Assembly (NCBI GenBank): GCA_965202585.1 | Contig: CBDBBG010000303.1 | Span: forward strand, 1-64,000 | Direction of reading: 5' to 3' | DNA length: 64,000 bases | Source of the DNA: Thalia democratica | Taxonomy: Eukaryota | In this document: positions 36,901 to 48,900 of the stretch, in pieces | How positions within the stretch are numbered: position 1 is the stretch's first letter | Layout of the letters: every line of letters begins with the position of its first letter | The notes under the pieces: generated by a model | The model's database searches: none | The model's input: the letters and a program-made list of their open reading frames with translations, nothing else | What the model was told of the DNA's origin: nothing | Translations under genes and position numbers: made by a program

Positions 36901-39900
36901 TTAGACTTGTAATGATGAGTAAGCACATCTATTCTAAAAACCAAATAAGGTATATATAACTATCTTCGAAAAAACTAATAGCTCAATTTGTATAACCCAC
37001 GATCAAAAACAAACACTTATAGTCCTTTTATGTATATAAGAACAGTAATAAACTATGATGTGCTAGTTCCTCGAGTTGACCAATGTTTTAAGAGATTTGT
37101 TTGTGATTTTTTGTTTTGATCTTAACTTCGTAAATACATAAACACATATCAAAAAAAATTGCTTTGTTTTATATATTTTTTGAAATAACCTTGGTGCCTT
37201 TGTCCATAATTAAAAATAATAATTGACAAAAATTAAAAAAGGTATAAAAGTTTGAAAATGGTAGTTTTTAACCAATCTAAGCTAATCAAATTAGACATTT
37301 TTTGTTTACGCTTAGCAAGAGTCATTTCACGTGCACAGGAAAAGTAGACGGGAAGAGTTTACGATCGAGCACCGCGTGGACAAGGAGAAAGACGACGAGC
37401 AGGGGAAGCGGTTCATAGCCAAGCTGATCAACTACGACCTGCTGAAGAAGCGCAAGCTGGCGGACGAGAAGGAGCTGGTGGGGCTGCAGGCCAGCTTCGA
37501 GGAGCAGTCGACCGACAAGGTGCGGGACTGCTTCGAACTGTGGAAGAAGATGTGCAAGAAGCTGGTGAGGTACTGCCGCGAGGCCAAGTACGACAACTGC
37601 GCGCCGCTGCCGCAGCAGAGGCTGGAGCACCTGATGGTGAAGGAGAGCAACAAGTACGAGCAGGTGAGGAGGGTGAGGACGATCAGCATCAGGGTCGGCC
37701 ACCAGATAGACCGGCTCAAGGCGAAGATCCGCGAGAAGAACGCCGACGCGGACGACGTGAGTCTGCTGGACCACGAGCAGATGAAGATGGAGATCCACCG
37801 AATGTTCGAGACCCTGCAGGAGCGCAACATCAGGATCGAGGGCATCAAGGAGGGCGTGCGGAGGAACGTGATCAGGGCGGCGCACATCAAGGAGAAGGTG
37901 CAGATGCAGCGGGAGGAGATCGAAAGTATGCGGAGGCGGCGGGGGAAATTAGAAGAGGACATACAGGAGCACAGGCGGAAAATAACCCTGCTGAAGCGCA
38001 AGAGGAACAAGGTGAGGAGCAGGAACTCAAAGCTGCAGAGCAAAGCCGGTTTGCTGCACCTCCCTCTCCTCATTTCCGACTACGAGATGACGTACGACGA
38101 CATCAGCGACACGAAAAACAAAATATACGATCTGAAGGAGAGCTACCGGAGGACGGACGAGAGAAGGCGGAAAGTGAGGAAGAGAATTCGGAGCGTCGAG
38201 CCGAATCCGGTGCGCAGTTCAGTGAGGAAATCTTTTGATACCAAACTGCCGCTAATCATCACTTGATGTTTTTTTATTAATTTTTTATGACCATTTTTAA
38301 TTTTTGAATTTAATAAACTTTTTTTTTACTTGAAAACATAGAATACTATCTCAAACCTTTACTATCTAATTCCAACCTATTTTTCTAGTTAAACTACTTA
38401 AAAAGTCATAATGAGATTATTATTATGAATTCAAAATAGGTTTAGTTACCAAAAATTTGTTTTTATTTTCTAGCACAATTCGAACTCAATTACGTTAGTA
38501 ACCCGTTTCCCAAGTGTTTGAAAATTTTCAAAGTTTTAAACTTAAAGAAACGTTTATAAACACCTTTTAAAGCAATTTAAAAAAAATGATTTTTGCAATC
38601 CCTATCTCAATTAAACATATAAAACAAAACAAGTATAAGCAAAAGCTAGATAAAACTATTTGAACTTTAACATATTGTAAGTGCACTAAGTGATACTGTA
38701 TTTATTAAACGCATAATAATAAAACTGGTTTAGGAAAATTGAATCTTACAGCGCAGAAAAAATGCTATAAGACAAATGCCGGTCAAGTTTTTTATTTTAT
38801 TTTTTTCTTAATTAATTTACTCACAATAATTTTTATGAAAACTGAAAAGTAAGATAGAACTGAACTGTACGCAAACGTTAAATTTTATTTTCCACAATTT
38901 ATTTTTAAACAAAGAATATATACTCCGAAAAAAAACTAAGACTAAAACATGAATTTGAACAGTTGTTGTTAATTAACAAACATGCTTATATATTTTAAGA
39001 TCTAAGAAACTGTAGTTCACTTACTTTTTTAAACTAGGTTGATATAGGATGTTTTTTAATTATAATGACAGCTGAATAAAACAAAAAAAAAAGACTGAGC
39101 CTTAAACGTTTTTCAAAACGTTGGGATGTGGTATAATAAAAAAAAAAGAAAATACTTACTATAAAATATTGATAGTTGGGATAGAGAAACGCTATTATTT
39201 AAAAAAAGCTATTTCTATACCTTAAAAGTTGCTGTTACAAAAAACTCCTCGACAATTATAGAAATTTTTTCTATAAACATTTAGTAAACATTAGAATAAT
39301 TTTAAGCAATAAACTAACTAAAAAAGAGTTTTTTTAATTTAAAATAAGTTAAATATAGTATTTAAATTAAATTTAAAATAAATTATTTTACACAACTTAT
39401 TGTCAACATATAATTGAAAAATCTTTTTATTTTAATCTATGTGTATTTTTAAATTTTTTATCACCTATATCTTGATGCTTGCATTAAAAAGTTGTAACTA
39501 TTATTTTCGCAGATATCTACGCAGGGTTCCTACTAAAATTATATAAAAAAATTATAGGGAAATTTATAAAGTATAGCAAATTTATAGGGAAATTATCAAA
39601 AAAATAACAATGAATTTTATACGTTACGAACATACTTTTAAAGTACATAAAGTAAAATATGTCATTAACCGTTTATAAGCACAGTCTTAATAAGAAATTT
39701 ACGAAAGTTTGAGGGTTTTTGAGCTCTAATTTTAGTTAAGTTAGCAAACTTTAGATAAATTAGATTTAATATAAATAAAGATAATTTTATCCGCCAGGTG
39801 GTAGCATGGAGTTATAGCTTTTTACTGAGATTGCAAAGATTTAGATTTAAAAAATACTTAAAACATTTTTTATGTGCTTTTCACCACGCGGTGTCACTGT

Positions 39901-42900
39901 TTTGGCTTTCAAATTTCAATCATCAACAAAAAACAAACGTAATTCATAGGGATTTCTAGGGATTTTCACACAGTTTTCAATTTTTTCTAGGTATTAATAG
40001 GGATCTTTCAGAATATTGCGAATTGGTAGGAAATTAAAGTGATTCATAGGGAAGTGGGAACCCTGTCTACGTGTAAACAGTTAAAGATATTTAAATAAAT
40101 AATACAACTATAAAACCAAATAGATCATATTTAGTATCTAAAATTATTTTCACAGCTTTATTTTTGATAACAAAAAACTTAGTAATATCTTGTTAAATAA
40201 ACAAATAAAATTTAAGGATTTAAATAGCTTAAAAGTTCCACGGTGAATTTTGTTAATAAACTATCTATAATTACGTTTACAGTTGATTTTGTCAAAACTT
40301 CTTATAATCTTTTTTAATGAACAAAATTCTAAATAAAGTAACTTCTATATACAATTATAAAATCAATCTTCAGTCTTAGATTAAGCGAAGATGCAAGGAT
40401 AATTTAGATTGGCAATTAAAAGCTTAAAATTTTAATCAAAATCTACTAAGTCACGAGTGTACCATAAAACACAATATATTAAAACTTAATTTTTTTAACG
40501 AAATTGAAATAAAAAGTTTAGACGTTGAAGTAATCTAATGTAAATTCCCATTGTACAGCCTTTAATTCAAATTATCATTGTTTAACATCACTACAAGTAT
40601 TTATACACTCTAGTTTTTATTTTCATGACCATAAAAGTAGCTATTACATTATACTTCTTTAAAGTAGTTTTGTTATATACTAGAGTAGTAAATAAAATTT
40701 CAAGGGTATAACAATTTATCAAGTTCTGCATCATTAGAGTTTGTAAAAGTTTATTGGTATGTTTGAAACTTACTTATCAAAATACTTAAATTTCTCCTGT
40801 CTACCACAGATTTTAAAATCTAAAACTAAATCAATCTATTAATGTCGTTTATATTTTATGCTTCAACAATAACACATAAAATACTTGTATAAGTTAAATT
40901 TATAACCTTTCAAACTTAAGAAGCTATTTTATAGTGCAGTTTTTCATTATTATTCCTTTTTTTACTTAAGTTGCTAATTTATTTTAGAATAAAACAAAGT
41001 TTAAATCTAAAACTATTATTTTCAAACGACTTACGGGCACTTGCACGGGGGCGATCTCGTAGCAGGGCGACTGGCACGGGACGATCCTGATGGGCTGCAC
41101 GTCGTTGACGATGGTGGACAGCTCGAACACCAGCGTGTCCCCGACCATGTACTGCTGCGACATGCTGAGCTTGGACGCGTGGTTCGTGTGGTTGGTCTCG
41201 ATCTGCGTGGGAAACTCGAACTTGGACGTGAGAACGAGGTAGGCCTCGGCCGGCCGCAGAAGCCTGGACCGGAAGGTGACTTCGACGGGAGTGTAGACCC
41301 TGTGCGTGTATTTGTGACAAAAGTGAAACAAAGTGCATTTTTGAAAGCTAATCCTTTTTGTTTTGGTTTTGATAAGGTAAAAAAAATGCAATGCGTTGTT
41401 CCAGAGTGGTGGTGAAAATCTTTCGTAGTCGGCAGGGAGGTTCATCAGAAAAAGCCTTGCGCAAGCCGCGTAATTAAAAAACATTTTACCATAAAAATTA
41501 CCAACGACTTTTCAAAAGAAAACTATAACAAAATATTCATTTAATAAGTACTGCTGCTCAGTGTACTTAAAATTGATTTCAGATTACATTTGATAAAGCA
41601 CATAATTCATTTTTTGCTTTGCATAAATTGATTTTAAGCTAAAAATTACATCGCGGGCCGTATGTTGCTTGAACCTAGCTTAAAATATTTTTTTGTTATG
41701 TTGAGTGTTATGTCTTGCTTTAAAACTGAGCCTAATTATATATTAGTACTCACTTAAAAGATTATTTTAGCTTATAATAACAAAAAAAGTTCGACTACTT
41801 CATATTTTATATACCTGGCCAGCGTATGAAGCTCCTTGCCATCTATAATATGAAAGTCATTTGAATCTCTACCCACAATTTTGCTAATGTACTTCACCGG
41901 CTTGCCAGCTGAATTTTGCACCATTACCTAAATGCATCATTGCAAAAATATAATAATTTATTTACAATTTAACAATTACAAGTTTTTTATAATAAATATA
42001 AAATACAATTTAACATTTTATAATGTTACTCGGAGACCTATTAAGTGCATATTACAAAGTTGTTAAATCATTCTGCTATATGCTTAATATTTATTAGATA
42101 TAAAGACACAGATCTTATTTAAGTTTGGAAAGTAGCTTAAACTCATCCAAAATTTAAATACAAAACCAACCTTTCTTTTAACGGTTCCTCCCAGAGATCC
42201 GAGAAACTCAACCTTGGCTTTTGGCAGGAAATCAGGTAATTGTTGATACAAATACACGCATAACTGTTTAATAAAAATTTATAAAATATAAAACATTAGC
42301 CGACTGTTAGGAACAAAAATGTAACACAACAATAACTGTAAAAATTTAGAATATTACTAGCACTATAATTCTAAAACCATAATTTTAGAATCTCTTAATA
42401 AATCCATGTAGTTAAATAAATTTTGCATGTTTTTTTACTAACTTAAAGTCGTTGTACAAAAATTTACTGCTGGTGCTATCAATATAATATAAAAAATAAA
42501 TTGATCATACAACTTACTAAAAAATTTCAAAAATGACCAATGTTTCAAATGTCTAAGTTAAGCACGTTTCTTTTTTTAACACACATGTTTCAAACACTAA
42601 CAAACAACATTGTGATGGGATTGGGATCGGTGATGTCAGTTGCTTGTATCTGGTAGATGAAGCTGAGCGACTTCATGGCTTTTATGAACAGCAAACTGTT
42701 GTGGAGGCACTCTTCGGCCGTGGTGGGCGCAACGTACAAATCTTGCAACACTTCTTCTTTCTATCAACAAATAGTTATGGAGGTTAAATAAACAGTAACA
42801 TACGGCTGTAAATCAAATGAACTGTGAAGAAGTAGATGTTGTTTATATCAAGTATAAATTATTCGAAAGTGTGTCGTTACAAAAATAATAGATTAAATTT

Positions 42901-45900
42901 ATTATCTCCCCTAAAAAACATTCTTTCATGTATTAACTTAATAACATTTTTCGTAAACTTTTAAGCATTAGTTTAAGTGTAAGATTAATTTTAATTAAAT
43001 CTTAAACATAAAATATAGTATTTCTACCAAAAATTCACTATTAAGTTGAACTTTAAACCAAAACACCTCAAGTTACTTTGCTATCTCAAAACACCTTATT
43101 AATCCGAATGTCATAAAATTAAATACTTTCAAATGTTTATGATGTTTGTAAAAAGACAAACGGACGCAACGAACCAGCCAGGGACAGTAGACTCCGAGGG
43201 CGGCGCACAGGACCAGGCCGTCCAAGAGGTCGGCGTCAAAGTTGACGACCCACCGCGACGAAGGGGGCAGGCCCTCGCTGTTGGTGTAGGTTTTGCAGAA
43301 GTGCGCGTAGCAGTGGTTCAGCCACGACAGAACTATTCGCTCGCTCAAGCTGAAGCGGATTGAAAAGTAAATTATGTGTGTGTGTGTGAGTTTTTGTAAT
43401 AAACAATGAAAATACTTATAAATACATATAAAATCACTTCTATCAACATTCTTTTAAACAAAATACGTTACTTTAAATGAATAAAAGTTCAATTGAACTT
43501 GTATGTGAAGCGCTACTTTTTATACATTTATATTTCAAACATAGCAGGTGTACCTGTAAATATTGCTGGACGCCAGCTCCGGGTTGATTGGCGGAAAGTT
43601 TGTTCCTTTCGGAAGCGGCTTCAGCTGCAAATAGTTTTGGTAATTCACTCTGGACAGAATGAAAACCTGGAAAGAAACGTCAGTTGTGGAGTCGAGAATT
43701 TGTAAAGACTTAATGTTATTGCAAAAAAAACTTGCTTTAATAAAAATAGTTAAAGAAAAAATAAACAAAAAAGAGTTGCACATAGCCTCATCAATAAAAA
43801 CTACTTTACATGGAAGACAACTTGCGGTGATTAATAAACTTAAAAAGCAGTATATACGACGTTTCAAACACTAAGAATTATCGCCTTGAAAACAACAAAA
43901 CAACTGAACACGTCTTAGCAACTCTCCAACACAAACGAAACCTTGTATATCTGAATGAGCAGGTCGCACCACGCCTTCTTGCTGACCAGGTGGAACGTGG
44001 CCTCGTCGAACTCCTTGAAGTCCTGCCGCTTCAGCACCTGCATCGACGACAGCGTCTCGGACGGCGCCCCCACCGAGTCCAGCTCGTCGCTGTCCCTCGA
44101 CTCCACCGACGAGTCCGACTTGGTTTCGTGGGGCAGGGGGGGCGCGTCGCACCTCACCTGGCCCTTCAGCCGCGCCCAGCTCTTGTAGTCGGTGGGGTTG
44201 AGCAGGTGCTCCGGCCGGATGCTCGCCACCGATCCGCCGTTCGCTCTGTGAAATTCAGTTTTGGTTGAACAGCAAAGTTGTGCGTGTGTGTGTGTGTGGG
44301 GAATAGTTACTGTATGTTAGGTAAGTGTCTTTGATGAGAGCTTTTTTAATGCGAGATTCGTATTAGAGTTATAAAAGTTCTTTATGGTTAAGTTACTGAA
44401 TGCGCTTGAACTAGCTCTAAACTGAAACTGCTTTGGCTCATACATTTCGGTAAAACAGACAAGTAGTTGTAAATTACCTGACAAATGTTATGAGAGTGGC
44501 GTGTTGCCAGTGAAGTTGCGTGATTCTTTCTTTCGTGTTGCTGGGAAGCGGAGAATTGACCGAAACTCCTGGCAGTTGCCTGAAGTTTTTTAAAATTAAA
44601 CTTAAACAAGTTTTTGATTACGAAGCAGAGAGTATTAGAAAAAATTCACTGTAGAATTGTATAGTGTTTTTATCTTATAATAGAGAAAAGTATTTATCTG
44701 ACTTTGTGAGGTTCTAGTTCTAAAAAATTTATGAATTAATAACCTTTTAGCACTATTGAATCGGTATACTATCAAAATCCACTCGCGTTTCATAACCCAC
44801 CCAATTTTTTATTTTATTTTCTTAATTTATTTTATATATTTTTTTTTTCACTATCATTGTTACCCCTAACCCTTACCTTCGATCGGTAAGCGATTCTCGA
44901 ATTTGGCTGGGTGGATTTTGAACGTGTCCCATTAAGTCATGTTTAACTTATAGTTTAATCAAACAACCAAGCTACCTTCCAGTCAAGTGGGAGATCATGT
45001 CGTACAAGGTGTTGGAGTTGGTTATCGCGGTGCTGGAGGAAGTTTTGAAGTTTTCCTCGTCATACCTGCACGCGTATCTGCTCGTTAGGCTGCAAAGTTT
45101 TGTGAACGTTCAGTCAACAGTTTCAAATTAAAATTTAAAGCACTTTGCAATTTAAAAAAAAAATATGGCGATCAACTGCTTAATCTTTAAAGAAGATCAA
45201 CGTTTTGAAATGTTAACTTAATGTTTTGGTTGTAAAAAATTATCATTTGAAAATAAACAGATGGTGTACGACTCGATGACCGAGATGTCTTTTCGCACAC
45301 CAGGTCCTTAAACCAAATTTGTTTGTGTTCAATAATTTTATAATCAAACTGTATTAAATGTTGACAATAAAAATTTATTGAAACAACACCGACTTCCTGA
45401 TGTTGTCGGGTATCTTGAAGTGGAAGGGCGTGTTCCACCCGAAGCTCTGGAACCAGCACTCGACGGTGCGGACCACGTCCGAGTGGTAGCCGTGGTCGTC
45501 GTGGTGCATCGGCGGGAACATCGAGTTGCAGTCCAGCTCGTTCTGGGACAGCGAGGAGTCCTCGGTCGGGTGGACGCGCACCTCCGAGCTGTCCTCGTCC
45601 GGGGGCAGGGCCGGGGTTTGCGAGGACACGTAGGAGTTCCTGATCTGTGGGAAGAGCGAAGTATAAAAAAATCTCCGCTGGTTTGGTAACATTGAAAGTT
45701 ATCAAAAGTCTTTATACGCGCTTAGCAGGTATTTCTACTAAATCATGCAGAAAACTTTTTAATCCTCGTTTTAATTTTTAACTGTTACATTTCGCAAACA
45801 GTGATAAATACCGCAAAAATTTTAAGAAATCAAAGCCGGAGTTCATTTGCAACAAAAAGGCTCGATTTTAGTATTTCAAGTTGAGACGAACCTTGTTAAC

Positions 45901-48900
45901 AGATCGGTTTGAAATTGTTTTTGTTGTAGTTGAAGTCATAGCAGTTGATGATTCTGTACCTAAAATATATAAATAAGATTAACAATTTTGTTTTAGTATA
46001 GTTTTTATTACTTTAATAAGTATTTTAGTGATTAATTAATATAAAGATTTTTTTTATAAAAAATATATAATAGTTAATTAACCAGTTTACAGTTCATATA
46101 GTTGTAAAAAATCATATTTAATTAATTAAATAAAAAATTAAGTACTAGTTTAGTAAAGCTCATAGACTAATTTTAGAAACAAATTAATTTCTATGAATTG
46201 AAAACAAAACTTAACAAAAATTATCTTCTTCTTCTAACTTTATCAGTTATCAAATAATTTTTACTTGACTAAATAAAAAAAAGGTTTTAATGCAAGAAAA
46301 AATAATTACTATAGATTTTATCAAGGGTATCAAGATATTCAATTTACCAAGGGTTAAACTTTTTCTTAGTGACTATGTTTACGTTTATTCTTACTTGGTA
46401 AAACTTGATACCCACTGTAATTTGATCAAGTAGTACAAGAAAAGTTTACTGACCAGTATCTGACTTCTGGTCGTCAGAGATAAATGTTTTGCTCTTCTTA
46501 CTGTTTACTGCGGTCGAGCTAACTGCTGCCCTCTCAGCTGTCATTTCACATTTTAAACAAAAAGTCTTTAAAACAAAGAGAAGTAAACTTTTAAAAAACT
46601 GAATGAAAGTCTAAAACTACTGACTAACTCCTGACTTACTTTTATTTCGTCACAAAAAACTGATAGTCAACTTTAGGGAGCTGTTTTACTAAACTAATCT
46701 ACCCGTGATTTTTTTATCTTGTTTCTATTAACATCTAATGTAAAAAAAGTTAAGCAAAATTATAAAACGGTTATCTGAATTATTAATGCAATTTAGTACG
46801 ACTGTACATCGGTGTTTGATTTTGAAAACTTTTTACAAAAAAATAACAAGTTTGCACAACCAACCCTCTCTGTACCGGTACTCGAACTGACTTTCTCCTT
46901 CCCCGTCATACGTCATAGTGGTCGACATGTTGAAGCGCGACGTGGAGTTCGTTCCGCTCCACCGGCTGCGCGACTCTGATTGGCTGTTGTCTTCCAGCGG
47001 TATCAGCATCGCGTCGCAACCGGTAGCTGCACAGGAAGTTATTCAGGTGAGTTTAAATTTTTGTTGTGATAGAAAATAAAATTATTGGGTCGCAAAAACG
47101 ATGGAAGATTTTTTTTATTGTTTTACAACTTTTATAGAAGCTAATTATAAGCAGAGCCGAAATAAGAATAGAAAAATAATTTTAGCATTCATAATCAAAA
47201 ACTATTTTAAAACAAAGTAGATTTTTGGGGTCAGAAAAGTTATGGAACACGCTTTTATTGTTTTAAAACGAGTTAATAAAACAAGTTAATAAAACAAGTT
47301 CTTTATCAAGATGTAAAAATGTATACTGTCGTATGTTTTCTAACTAATTAACATTTTTAAAACTATCTTATAAAGCTCGTGCTCTCAAAGTAGTTTCTTT
47401 TATTTTTGTAATAATTTTAAACTACTCAACCCTAGTTTCAAACGAACTTTTAACAACTTGCGGGTGTTCGTTGTTGCTCGTCTGACCTATGAACGATTTA
47501 GCGGCGCAGACGATTCTGTAGTCGGTTTTGTGCTTGGCCATGAACGCGTATGTTGACAGCAAACTGTTGTCTGCGGTGGCCGTCACTTGCATTGTGTACC
47601 TGAACGCAATTTGAGTTTAAATTGTGGAGAAATAAATTTAGAAAAAATTATGAGCTAATACTTAATAAAAATCTGTAGCTCAATCATCAGAATAAAAAAA
47701 CTCTGATTCGTAGAAAATCATTTTCTAAGAAACAAGACTTGATGTTTAAACTAAATGTTTGTTCATAGTTTAAATTTTAAACTTAAGTATTTAAAACTTT
47801 TTCTAGAAAACAATGACGGCGTAAGTAATTGTCTATTAAAAAACTAGAACGCTCAAAACACCCACTTGTTGTCATCTTCGTCAGTGAAGACGATGTTGAT
47901 TGTTTTTGAAAAATGATTTAGAGATTTGAAACTCAACACAGCTGTCAAAGTGCTGTTCACAGACCCACCTAAAATAAAGCAGTCAAATATTTAATTATAC
48001 AAATATTTGAACTATTAGTTTGTAAAAGTTCTTATAAAAACGCATCTTTCCTTAACTTTAAACTAAAATTCGGCTGAGAAAAATCGTAAATTTTGTTTTA
48101 GCTTTTTGCACCAACTACTAAAACTGGCCTTTGATATGCTTTTAAAACAAAAAAAAAGTTAAAGCAGTTTTTAAAATTATAAAATAAATACTTCTGTCTT
48201 TGTTTTGTTGGTTAATGACAAGTCCGTTAGGAAACTTGATATCAAAATGCTCGAGCACATCGTATTTTTCGTCATTCTTATTCTGTACCATTTCAACTCG
48301 GAGAGCAGTCGACCTAAAAGTAAATGATTGCAAGTTATTTCAATCATTGGGGCAAACCAAAGGAAATCAAAGCATTGTAACTGAAGTTAAGCGTATAAAT
48401 GTATGATAACTAACTTTGAAATTATCTAGTAATAGCTAATGAGCTTTAACAAAGTGCCTAGACTTTGTTTTAGACTTTCGAGACTCTGTACAAAAATCAA
48501 TTTTCAATGAACAGAGCCTTGGGTGAAATATATTAGCTTAAAAACGCAACAACGAAACAAACTTGCAGAAGCCGGTGGCGACGACGTTGAACTGTCCTTG
48601 CGCCTGTATTTGCAGTGGGACGGGGGTCAGGTTGAGAACGGGCGGCTGGAACTGGATGCTGGACTGCTTCATGAAGGCGTCCAGCTTTATTGTCCTGATT
48701 TTATGTTACTTTTAGTTTCAAGCCTGCAACTTTTTTAGTCAAGACAGTTAGGAACTTTTGAAAAATTCCCAGGGATAACATTTTTATTGTTTTCAAACAA
48801 GCTTTTACAAATGAAGACAGATAACTGCTGACTTATATATTTCAACGCTTACTTACTGATATGGTACGTTTTGGAAAAACATAGACAGTTTTTCAAAAAA

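Noticed and set aside
37322-38238. Long overlapping ORFs in alternative frames and the opposite strand of CCDC96 exon 2 (187, 213 and 232 aa)
   Set aside because: These are expected shadow ORFs of GC3-rich coding sequence, which lacks stops in other frames. There are no recognisable motifs. The same applies to antisense ORFs over CFAP47 exons such as 28484-28960 and 30797-31255.
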